This document shows positions 18,933 to 26,247 of a stretch of 64,000 nt of DNA, piece after piece. This DNA comes from Candidatus Bathyarchaeota archaeon (lineage in GTDB: Archaea; Thermoproteota; Bathyarchaeia; Bathyarchaeales; DTEX01): contig JAGTQF010000002.1 in NCBI GenBank assembly GCA_018396655.1, forward strand, positions 5,962-69,961, given 5' to 3'. Each line of letters begins with the position of its first letter. The first letter of the stretch is position 1. Made by a program: the position numbers and the translations under genes. Below the pieces are notes generated by a model that searched no databases, was not told where the DNA came from, and was given only the letters and a program-made list of their open reading frames with translations.

Positions 18933-19061
18933 TTACCACTCTTCCTCCTCTTCTTCCCACTCTTCTTCCTCTTCCCATTCTTCCTCTTCTTCGCCCCAGT
19001 CTTCCCATTCTTCCTCCTCTTCCTCTTCCTCCTCCTTTGGTGGAGTCTTCCTTCTTGACAT
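18933..19061 (-). CDS. candidate 42-aa acidic mini-protein MSRRKTPPKEEEEEEEEEWEDWGEEEEEWEEEEEWEEEEEEW
   Basis: Hand-translated and below the ORF-track cutoff. The ATG is preceded by GGTGA with a 6-nt spacer, and aaatatttatt (TATA-like) lies about 38 nt upstream. Two other frames are also open here, so the coding strand is unresolved. Confidence 0.3.
   Translation of the reverse strand: MSRRKTPPKEEEEEEEEEWEDWGEEEEEWEEEEEWEEEEEEW
18939..19037. repeat. about 100-bp imperfect (TTC/CTC)n low-complexity, pyrimidine-rich tract punctuated by CCA
   Basis: Read directly: ctc ttc ctc ctc ttc ttc cca ctc ttc ttc ctc ttc cca ... The + strand is almost all pyrimidine. Confidence 0.9.
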
Positions 19062-19158
19062 TGCCGTTCACCATCAAGATGATTGGTGCATGAGAATCAA
19101 ATAAATATTTGCTATAGAAGCCAGAGAGAGGTGAGAAAAAATTCGGGTAAAACAACCA

Positions 19159-19174
19159 AATAAAAAAGTTTTTT
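19159..19174 (-). terminator. possible oligo-T terminator downstream of ogg
   Basis: The minus strand reads aaaaaacttttttattt. A T6 run follows the ogg stop by about 120 nt. Archaeal terminators are oligo-T tracts. Confidence 0.3.
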
Positions 19175-19291
19175 CCAGAAATTAAGGTATTTTTATCATT
19201 TTATGGCGGATTTTTCTGTTTTAAAGTTCTCTTTGACAAGCAGGGTCATTAATATGGGAGCAAATATCACTCCAATATGATGCTTAAATCC

Positions 19292-19945
19292 CTATTTTAG
19301 AACTTTGCCAGTCTCCATATACCATAGATACAAGTCTAACTCCCCTAGGCTTAAGCCAATCTTATCTGCTATCTCGCTAAGCAAGCCCTCAATCTCTAGG
19401 TATCTACACCTCGTTAGAGTTTTAGGTCTCTTAATTAATCCATACTTCGAAAGAACATTAATTATATGGAAATCTATTATGGCTAGGTTCATGAATCCTA
19501 TATTCCTCAGAAAGTGGCTTGCCTCCTTATATCCGATTCCCTTAACGTTCTTTACAAGCCATTCTCTTATAAATTTCCCATCAAGAGACGAATTTAGGAT
19601 TTTCCATAGTGGATTAATAATTTTCCTAGCCTCAACGATATATTTGGCTCTTATTTCGGGATAACGGTGGTTTAAGGACCTAAGTTTCTCTGCAAGCATA
19701 GACTCACTAAGGTTTAGAAATCCATCCCCAATCTCTGACTGAATTTTTATGCTCTTTTCGGCACTAAAATTGGCCGTTAATATGCAGAAGCAGAGTTCTT
19801 TAAAAATCTCGGCTGGAGGTTTATTCCTACTCTCCATAAACTCTTTAACCCTAGCATCTATAATGCTCTTAACCGCACTCCTCTTTAGATTCTCCACCCT
19901 CTCTATAAGACTGGTTAAGCCTTCCAAATCTCCATCAACACCCAT
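19292..19945 (-). CDS. ogg: N-glycosylase/DNA lyase, archaeal Ogg2-type 8-oxoguanine DNA glycosylase
   Basis: KELCFCILTANFSAEKSIKIQSEIGDGFL, HhH-GPD VKGIGYKEASHFLRNIGF and C-terminal LDLYLWYMETGKVLK closely match the Methanocaldococcus-type Ogg. Confidence 0.9.
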   Translation of the reverse strand: MGVDGDLEGLTSLIERVENLKRSAVKSIIDARVKEFMESRNKPPAEIFKELCFCILTANFSAEKSIKIQSEIGDGFLNLSESMLAEKLRSLNHRYPEIRAKYIVEARKIINPLWKILNSSLDGKFIREWLVKNVKGIGYKEASHFLRNIGFMNLAIIDFHIINVLSKYGLIKRPKTLTRCRYLEIEGLLSEIADKIGLSLGELDLYLWYMETGKVLK

Positions 19946-19954
19946 CTAAAATTC

Positions 19955-20980
19955 TTAAGCCACAAGTTTAGTCTCTATTTCTTTGGCTATTTCCGCACTC
20001 TTGCTATCCAATGGAATAATCTTTATGTCTGACGGCGATTTTACGCCAACACCTATTTCTGATGCTCGTCTAATCTGGTCTAAGTCGAATATTCTCCCCC
20101 TCTGTAGATTCTCCATGGTCCCATATATTCTTAATATGGCTACTCCAACGGCGTCTATGGCAACTCTATCCCTACTGGCAACTAGAAGATTTGGTTCAAC
20201 AATCTTACCCTTCTCCGGCCCGCCTAGAACAAATGCTTTCATGGCATCCAGAACTACCAAGTCAACATTATAAAATCTGTTTATCTCCGCTATCATGAGC
20301 CTCTGATGTGGTGATGTATGGAGTTCAGCCATATAATCATAGTTTACTCCTGGAACCTTCCTTGCCACTAAGCCAACTGAATTCTTAAGCGACATGGTGA
20401 AGTGACCACCAAATCTATGGGTTTTTAGGCAGCATGTCTGAACGACTTTGTCAGCCTCTAGGAAAACCTTCGCGATGTAAAATCCCCTAAGCCAATGGGT
20501 TCCATCGGCCTCAACCTTAACCCAACTATCCTTATCAATCTCATCAAGGACTAAAACTTTAAAGTCTAATTCTCTAGCTAGGTCGAAGACTCCGAGAGCC
20601 TCCAAAACCTCCCTCGTCCTGCCCATTCCACTCCGCTCGGCAAGTATTATCTCACTTGCACCAGCAGATTTAATCTCCTCAACAATAACCCTTAGCGTAT
20701 CAAGGTGTGTTGAAGCTGGAAATGGGTCTGCACTATTAAAGTTGGCTTTTAGAGCAACCATCTTGTTCCTAAACTCACTCATATCGAATTGTTTAAGCAG
20801 AGCCCTCAAGCCCTCTATTCTATTCGTAGCCTTTATTAAAAAGACCTTGGCAATCCCATCAACCCCGCCCTTAGTATTTATGCCCTTTCCTCCTCTGAAT
20901 TTAGTGATGACGCTTCCTAGAGAACCACCTAAAGCCCCAAGTAATAACGCGGGGGGCGAACTGAGCTTTAAAAGCGACAT
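19955..20980 (-). CDS. DUF362-domain protein
   Basis: MVALKANFNSADPFPASTHLDTLRVIVEEIK ... CCLKTHRFGGHFTMSLKNSVG ... ASRDRVAIDAVG is the DUF362 pattern. Gly-rich hydrophobic N-terminus. Confidence 0.75.
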   Translation of the reverse strand: MSLLKLSSPPALLLGALGGSLGSVITKFRGGKGINTKGGVDGIAKVFLIKATNRIEGLRALLKQFDMSEFRNKMVALKANFNSADPFPASTHLDTLRVIVEEIKSAGASEIILAERSGMGRTREVLEALGVFDLARELDFKVLVLDEIDKDSWVKVEADGTHWLRGFYIAKVFLEADKVVQTCCLKTHRFGGHFTMSLKNSVGLVARKVPGVNYDYMAELHTSPHQRLMIAEINRFYNVDLVVLDAMKAFVLGGPEKGKIVEPNLLVASRDRVAIDAVGVAILRIYGTMENLQRGRIFDLDQIRRASEIGVGVKSPSDIKIIPLDSKSAEIAKEIETKLVA

Positions 20981-21032
20981 TTACTTCATGACCACCAGTG
21001 CTCAATCTGATGAATGGACATTAGATTCAGCT

Positions 21033-21299
21033 CTAGATTTCTGAGACTTTAAATGTTACTATAGCCCCCTCATCAGTCTCTTCTATATTTGAGATTTCAG
21101 CTTTTAACTCCATCTCCTTTAGGATTACCCTATAGTCTTCGAAGTAATCGTAGAATCCACATGTATAGCAAAAGCTTCCGCCAAACTCAATTTTAATCTC
21201 ACCATTAGATAGCGAGAGTAACCTCGCCTCAACTTCCGGAGACCTATATCTGTTATATTCCTCTATTGCATCCTCAATTATCTCTTTCAGTCCCCTCAT
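21033..21299 (-). CDS. small hypothetical protein with a CxxC motif
   Basis: 88-aa ORF (FGGSFCYTCGFYDYFEDY) sitting compactly between tfb and the DUF362 gene. Confidence 0.5.
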   Translation of the reverse strand: MRGLKEIIEDAIEEYNRYRSPEVEARLLSLSNGEIKIEFGGSFCYTCGFYDYFEDYRVILKEMELKAEISNIEETDEGAIVTFKVSEI

Positions 21300-21321
21300 C
21301 TAGCCCGCCGGAAAAGTGCTT

Positions 21322-22272
21322 TTAGAGCGTCACAATGAACATTAGGCGCTCAATAAGCTCTTTATATCTATTTCTTATCGTCACCTCGGTCACCCTCGCT
21401 ATCTCAGCTATCTCCCTTTGAGTCCTCTTCTCACCAATTAGGACTGAGGCAACATAGCTTGCGGCAGCCGCTATCCCGGTTGGTCCTCTACCGGATGTCA
21501 GCTTGAGCTCCGAGGCTGTTGAGAGGATTTTGTTGGCAATCTCCTCAACTTTTCCTTGCATCGTGAGCTGATTTGAGAATTTGGATATATAATGGCTTGC
21601 CTTTAGTGGCGGTATAGATAGATTTAGCTCCTTCACGAGGAACCGGTAGCTCCTTCCAACCTCCCTCTTACTAATGTTTGCTGCATCCGCAATCTCTTCA
21701 AGTGTCCTTGGAAGACCGCATTGCCTACATGCAATATAGACTGCTGCGGCGCTTATCCCCTGTATAGACCTTCCTCGAATGAGGTGTTCTTTAACGGCCT
21801 TCCTATATATGACCGAACTTGTCTCAAATATGCTCTTCGGCAGTGATAAATTGTTCGCTATCTTAGTTATTTCTGAGAGAGCGAATGCTAAATTTCTCTC
21901 TACAGCATCAGATACCCTAATCCTCCTTTGCCACTTCCTAAGTCTATACATCTGTGCCCTCTGACCAGCATCGAACCTCTTACCGAACGCATCCCTATCA
22001 TGCCAATCAATCACCGTAGATAAGCCCTTATCGTGTATAGTGAATGTTATTGGAGCACCAACCCTAGCCCTCTTATCCCTCTGCTCATTATCAAAGGCTC
22101 TCCATTCTGGACCCTGGTCAGCTATCTTCATGTCTATAACATATCCACACTCCATGCAGACTACTTCAGCAGATTCATAGTCGCGCATTAATTTTGTGCT
22201 TCCGCACTCAGGGCAGCGCTGGATATCCCTTAATGCTGGGGGAAGAGAGACACCTTCATCTTCTTCGCTCAT
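21322..22272 (-). CDS. tfb: transcription initiation factor IIB (TFB)
   Basis: N-terminal Zn ribbon CPECGSTKL...CMECGYV followed by two cyclin-fold repeats ([35 protein letters not shown]). Confidence 0.95.
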   Translation of the reverse strand: MSEEDEGVSLPPALRDIQRCPECGSTKLMRDYESAEVVCMECGYVIDMKIADQGPEWRAFDNEQRDKRARVGAPITFTIHDKGLSTVIDWHDRDAFGKRFDAGQRAQMYRLRKWQRRIRVSDAVERNLAFALSEITKIANNLSLPKSIFETSSVIYRKAVKEHLIRGRSIQGISAAAVYIACRQCGLPRTLEEIADAANISKREVGRSYRFLVKELNLSIPPLKASHYISKFSNQLTMQGKVEEIANKILSTASELKLTSGRGPTGIAAAASYVASVLIGEKRTQREIAEIARVTEVTIRNRYKELIERLMFIVTL

Positions 22273-22274
22273 AT

Positions 22275-22532
22275 CTATCTCTTCCCCCTAACAGATTTAG
22301 GCTTGGGTAAAATATAAAGTGGGCTATTAACTATTTTCTGAGGCTCCCTCTCCTCAACCTTAACTTCAATGTATGGTGATTTAACCGGACCAAATATATC
22401 CAAAACAACACCTATTGGCTTCTTCTTCGCATCAAAAACTGTTGCACCAAGTTTTGGAGGAACATCGACCTTTGCTATAACCCTATTCTCCGGACCTGGA
22501 CTTACATGAAGAACTTCTCCAATCTTCTTCAA
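22275..22532 (-). CDS. gar1: H/ACA RNP component Gar1
   Basis: [13 protein letters not shown]...[27 protein letters not shown]. Shows the conserved tfb-gar1 adjacency. TTG start. Confidence 0.85.
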   Translation of the reverse strand: MKKIGEVLHVSPGPENRVIAKVDVPPKLGATVFDAKKKPIGVVLDIFGPVKSPYIEVKVEEREPQKIVNSPLYILPKPKSVRGKR

Positions 22533-22609
22533 GGGGCTAACCCCGCTCAGAAAGGAATTGATAAAGAAAAAGAACTCAACCGATTATTTAAACGTTTCTT
22601 GGTGGGACT

Positions 22610-22897
22610 CTATACTTTGGATTTAACAAGCTCTCTAGCAATCTCCCTCAGAATCTGACTCTTACTCCTCCCAGTTTTCCTCACGATTATAAAACCCGAT
22701 TTAATCCATGGGGTTCTTGGATAGGCTGATTCCGGAAAAACCTCATAATTTAAGCCTAATTTTTTCAGCGCTCCCTCAATTATGCCTATATTTGGCGAGG
22801 GGATACATAGGTTTTTAGGCAGCCGTCTGCCCTCACCCCTAGTTCTTGTGGAATCAAAATATACGGGCCAGATTACTATTCCATCCCTACTTTGCAT
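22610..22897 (-). CDS. srp19: signal recognition particle protein SRP19
   Basis: IVIWPVYFDSTRTRGEGRRLPK ... ALKKLGLNYEV ... YPRTPW matches the SRP19 pattern. Confidence 0.85.
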   Translation of the reverse strand: MQSRDGIVIWPVYFDSTRTRGEGRRLPKNLCIPSPNIGIIEGALKKLGLNYEVFPESAYPRTPWIKSGFIIVRKTGRSKSQILREIARELVKSKV

Positions 22898-22950
22898 TTT
22901 AGACTCCTAAACAACTTTATCAATATAAAGGTTGGTTGTCGCCATAGATT

Positions 22951-23343
22951 TTACTCTTTCTTGCTAATTAATATGGCATTTAAAACTCCGGATTGACCGG
23001 GCCTAGATGTAACCTTTGCCGTTCCCAGTGGAGTCTCTATTAGGCATCCTTTAGTTATAACACCCCTCCTATCATAGTCCACGTTGGCTGGATTCTTTAT
23101 GACCCTGAGAACCTCAACCCTCTTTGTTTCTCCGGTTTCTGGGTCTGAAACATTCGCCCATCGAGCACTTACAAGCCTAACCTTTATATTTCCCCCTCTT
23201 CTTCTGCTTACTTTAGTCTTGTGCTCGCCCAATACTGTCTCTGTTGGGAATGAGCCCATCTCATACTTTCGCTTACCCCTATATGGTTTTCTCTTTCCAC
23301 CTGTCGGTTTTCTCTTATGTAAGTCGCCATGCCAAACAGACAT
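22951..23343 (-). CDS. rps8e: 30S ribosomal protein S8e
   Basis: WHGDLHKRKPTGGKRKPYRGKRKYEMG at the N-terminus, with GNIKVRLVS following. Confidence 0.9.
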   Translation of the reverse strand: MSVWHGDLHKRKPTGGKRKPYRGKRKYEMGSFPTETVLGEHKTKVSRRRGGNIKVRLVSARWANVSDPETGETKRVEVLRVIKNPANVDYDRRGVITKGCLIETPLGTAKVTSRPGQSGVLNAILISKKE

Positions 23344-23408
23344 TTACGCTCACTTCGCTCTTAAGATTTAAAGAGGCATCTCTGGTTAATATAAGCTTAA
23401 CGGTGGAT

Positions 23409-24848
23409 TTAACTGTTTGATGAGGCCTCTTTGATTAAAGCGTCTAAGTAGCCTATTAGAGCATCCATATCTATTGGTGGTTTTGGAACCTCCTCCTCGC
23501 CCAAATCCATTAAACGTATGTCGAGTTCATGCGGTTTCTTACCTTCCAGCGCAGCCTTAGCGCATAGCGCAGCGCCCAATCCCGTTGCCTCTGGAAACAT
23601 CGCCTTTAAAACTCTGCTCTTTGGGAATAACGCTGATAATGCGGCTAAATATATATTGTTTCTGGCGAAGCCTCCCTGAACAACTATGTCAACATTTTTT
23701 CCTCCGGTTATCAAGCTTATCGCCACATAGGATTCAATAGCTAAGTATATATTTAGTAGATGGTAGGCTTCCTTAGCGCTTCTATTGAATGCTCCACCGA
23801 TTATCCTGGCTTTAGACCGCTGGAACTGGCCTGAGCCAGCAACTAAGCCTGGTGTTATAAAGTCCTCCCTCCTCCTCAAGATATCCTCCATAATCTCAGT
23901 CTCAAGTGTGATGCTCTCCGGCTTAACCTTGAATCTATCCTTTATAATCGATGTGTAATAGTCGTATTCAAATCCGCCCTTAAATCTGGATGAACGGACA
24001 GGCTTGCGATATGCATCAATATAGTAGAGAACATCCCTATGTAGGTCTTCACCCTTAGGATTGAAGTCTCCACTTGGATGCATAAAGACGCACCATGTTC
24101 CGGTTGAGGCTAGGAGGAAATCCCTTCTACTGGCGATATATGGTAGCAGACACGCGTTCGAGTCGTGTATTCCAGGTGTAACAAGAGTCCTTAAGCCGCA
24201 ATGCTCGATTTCGCCAAGCGGCTCCCAAACATTGAACATTTCAGGCGACCTAGAGTTAACATTTAATCCCTCCGCAACGCTGCTCCATCCACCCTTATAT
24301 ACGTCATAGAGATATGTGTGGCAGCCTACGCTTGTTACCTCACAGGACTTAAATCCCGTCAACGCGTAGGTTAAGTATCCCGGCAAGAATAGGATTTCAT
24401 CAATCTCCTTGAAGGCTTCTGGATATTTTTCCCTTATCCAGTAGACTTGTATTCCAGCGTTTAGGAGCTGTCCATATGGTGGTGTTCCAGTCCGCATATA
24501 TAGTTCAAGTGGACTCCCAAACTCCCTATAAAATCCATCTCTTATGTGTCCCTCAATCTCTTGGTTATAGGATATTATTGGGAGCCTCAATGAGCCGCTC
24601 TTGAGATTCGCTATTGTAGCTCCGAAGGTTGTTATAGCTAAGGCCTTAATCCGCCATCTCCTTGACGCTTCAAGAAGCGTGCTCTTCATCCAGAGGGTTA
24701 TGGACTTAGCATCATCGCAGAGTAGTCCATCCACTTCAATCTCATCTATCCTCTTGACTTCAGAATATATTGGCCTTAAATCATCCGAGAATATGAGAAA
24801 TTTCTTATTTGACTTTCCTATATCGAAAACCGCTATTGCCTCCTCCAT
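23409..24848 (-). CDS. FGGY-family carbohydrate kinase (rhamnulo-/fuculokinase-like)
   Basis: N-terminal AVFDIGKSNKK actin-fold phosphate-1 motif and C-terminal VVQGGFARNNIYL...ATGLGAAL FGGY_C pattern. Confidence 0.75.
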   Translation of the reverse strand: MEEAIAVFDIGKSNKKFLIFSDDLRPIYSEVKRIDEIEVDGLLCDDAKSITLWMKSTLLEASRRWRIKALAITTFGATIANLKSGSLRLPIISYNQEIEGHIRDGFYREFGSPLELYMRTGTPPYGQLLNAGIQVYWIREKYPEAFKEIDEILFLPGYLTYALTGFKSCEVTSVGCHTYLYDVYKGGWSSVAEGLNVNSRSPEMFNVWEPLGEIEHCGLRTLVTPGIHDSNACLLPYIASRRDFLLASTGTWCVFMHPSGDFNPKGEDLHRDVLYYIDAYRKPVRSSRFKGGFEYDYYTSIIKDRFKVKPESITLETEIMEDILRRREDFITPGLVAGSGQFQRSKARIIGGAFNRSAKEAYHLLNIYLAIESYVAISLITGGKNVDIVVQGGFARNNIYLAALSALFPKSRVLKAMFPEATGLGAALCAKAALEGKKPHELDIRLMDLGEEEVPKPPIDMDALIGYLDALIKEASSNS

Positions 24849-24908
24849 AAAGGCTAATGGCCTCCTATTAAAAGTAAAGTGAGCCGCCGCCTAGAAATAT
24901 TTTGTTGA

Positions 24909-25568
24909 TTACGCTTGCTCTTTTTCCTCCGGCGCGCTTATACCATCCCCTGGCTTAGATGGAAGCGTCTCCTCACCACGCTTCTCAAAGATTCTCTTTA
25001 GCTGGCGTTTCATGACCTGTATGTTTCGGCTTAGGCCAAAGTAGTCTGCGAAGTAATCGGTTGTCCTAAGAATCGTGTCTTTTCCGCTCTTCTCCCTAGT
25101 GATTAGGCCCATCTCAACTAGCTCCCTTATATGGCTGTAGACATGTTTGCCCCTAGCCTCAACAACCTGCTTTTGTGTCACTGGTTGCTTGTAGGCTATA
25201 TAGGATAGCGTTTTCAGAGGTCCATCTGTTAGAAGGGGCCTTATGGCTAAGCCCCTAACCTTATCTGAGTACTCGGTTTTGAGCTGGAGGACGAACCTAT
25301 GGTCTTCGAGTTCAAGTATCTCTAGGGCCGTATTTCTGCGTTTATATTCTTCCATCAGCATGCGCGCAAGCCTGTAAATCTTCCTCTCGGATTTGGAGCT
25401 TATGATTCTGCCCAGGGTTTTTAGGTCGAGTGGCCTTCCCGCAACATAAAGTGCTGCCTCAATAAGCCTAATCTTAGCCTCAATGTTTTCTCTTCCTCTC
25501 TTCCTTTTAGCCTCCTCCTTCATCTTTTGGATGGCTTCTGCTTGGCTCTCCATGTTAGTCGCCAACAT
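24909..25568 (-). CDS. scpB: segregation and condensation protein B
   Basis: IEAALYVAGRPLDLKTL and TLSYIAYKQPVTQKQVVEARG winged-helix repeats. Overlaps the scpA end. Confidence 0.85.
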   Translation of the reverse strand: MLATNMESQAEAIQKMKEEAKRKRGRENIEAKIRLIEAALYVAGRPLDLKTLGRIISSKSERKIYRLARMLMEEYKRRNTALEILELEDHRFVLQLKTEYSDKVRGLAIRPLLTDGPLKTLSYIAYKQPVTQKQVVEARGKHVYSHIRELVEMGLITREKSGKDTILRTTDYFADYFGLSRNIQVMKRQLKRIFEKRGEETLPSKPGDGISAPEEKEQA

Positions 25569-26247
25569 TACTCATGTCCACCTCCCCATTTAATGTCACA
25601 TATATCTCTCCGAACTCCTCATGCTGCCATAATGTTACCTTTCCCCTCTGGGCCATAAAAAGCAGAATTATGAAGATTTTTATCATCTCCATTCTATCTA
25701 GGCCTTTTGCGAGGGCTGAGAATGTTATGAGCTCGCCTCTCTCGGCCATCAAACGAATTCTCCCAAGGAGTCTCTTGATTTCATCTTCAATCTCCATGAG
25801 ATAGGCACTTATGGTTGGGATTATCTCGGGTGGTGGAAGTATGGGTTTCGACGGGGACTTTAAGGCTAGGAGCTTCTCGCTTTTAAGGGTCTCATCTAGG
25901 GCTTCTAAGAGGCTCTCTAGCGTCGTTGTTGTCAGCTCATAGCGTAATGGTAGGATTAGCGGTGGCGGTATAAAGTCGACTGCTGGCTTGGGTGGCGCTG
26001 CTGGTGGCTCCTCAAGCTTTAGAAGTAGGTTTGATTTGAGGAGGTATATAGATGCTGATGAATCTAATGCTATGCCCGATGCCCTAAAATCTATGTTAGC
26101 CCTCCTCTCCATCTCCTCTAGGAACGATAGTAATAGGAAGGCTATATCCACACTCCATGGATTGATTCTCTGCAGTCTCTGTAAATCAAACAGTATGTCC
26201 CATGGGGGCTGTAAATAGAAGGGTTTACCGCTGGAGACCATACTCAC
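25555..26247 (-). CDS. scpA: segregation and condensation protein A (kleisin)
   Basis: Position between smc and scpB with 4-nt and 14-nt overlaps. C-terminal winged helix IIFLLFMAQRGKVTLWQ-type pattern (FIILLFMAQRGKVTLWQHE). Confidence 0.8.
   Translation of the reverse strand: MSMVSSGKPFYLQPPWDILFDLQRLQRINPWSVDIAFLLLSFLEEMERRANIDFRASGIALDSSASIYLLKSNLLLKLEEPPAAPPKPAVDFIPPPLILPLRYELTTTTLESLLEALDETLKSEKLLALKSPSKPILPPPEIIPTISAYLMEIEDEIKRLLGRIRLMAERGELITFSALAKGLDRMEMIKIFIILLFMAQRGKVTLWQHEEFGEIYVTLNGEVDMSNVGD

Noticed and set aside
18939-19037. The periodic tract was considered as a possible CRISPR-like or minisatellite array.
   Set aside because: The repeat unit is a 3-nt codon-like TTC/CTC motif with CCA interruptions. 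It is not 24-40-nt direct repeats separated by unique spacers, and no cas genes are nearby. I kept it as a low-complexity coding candidate instead.
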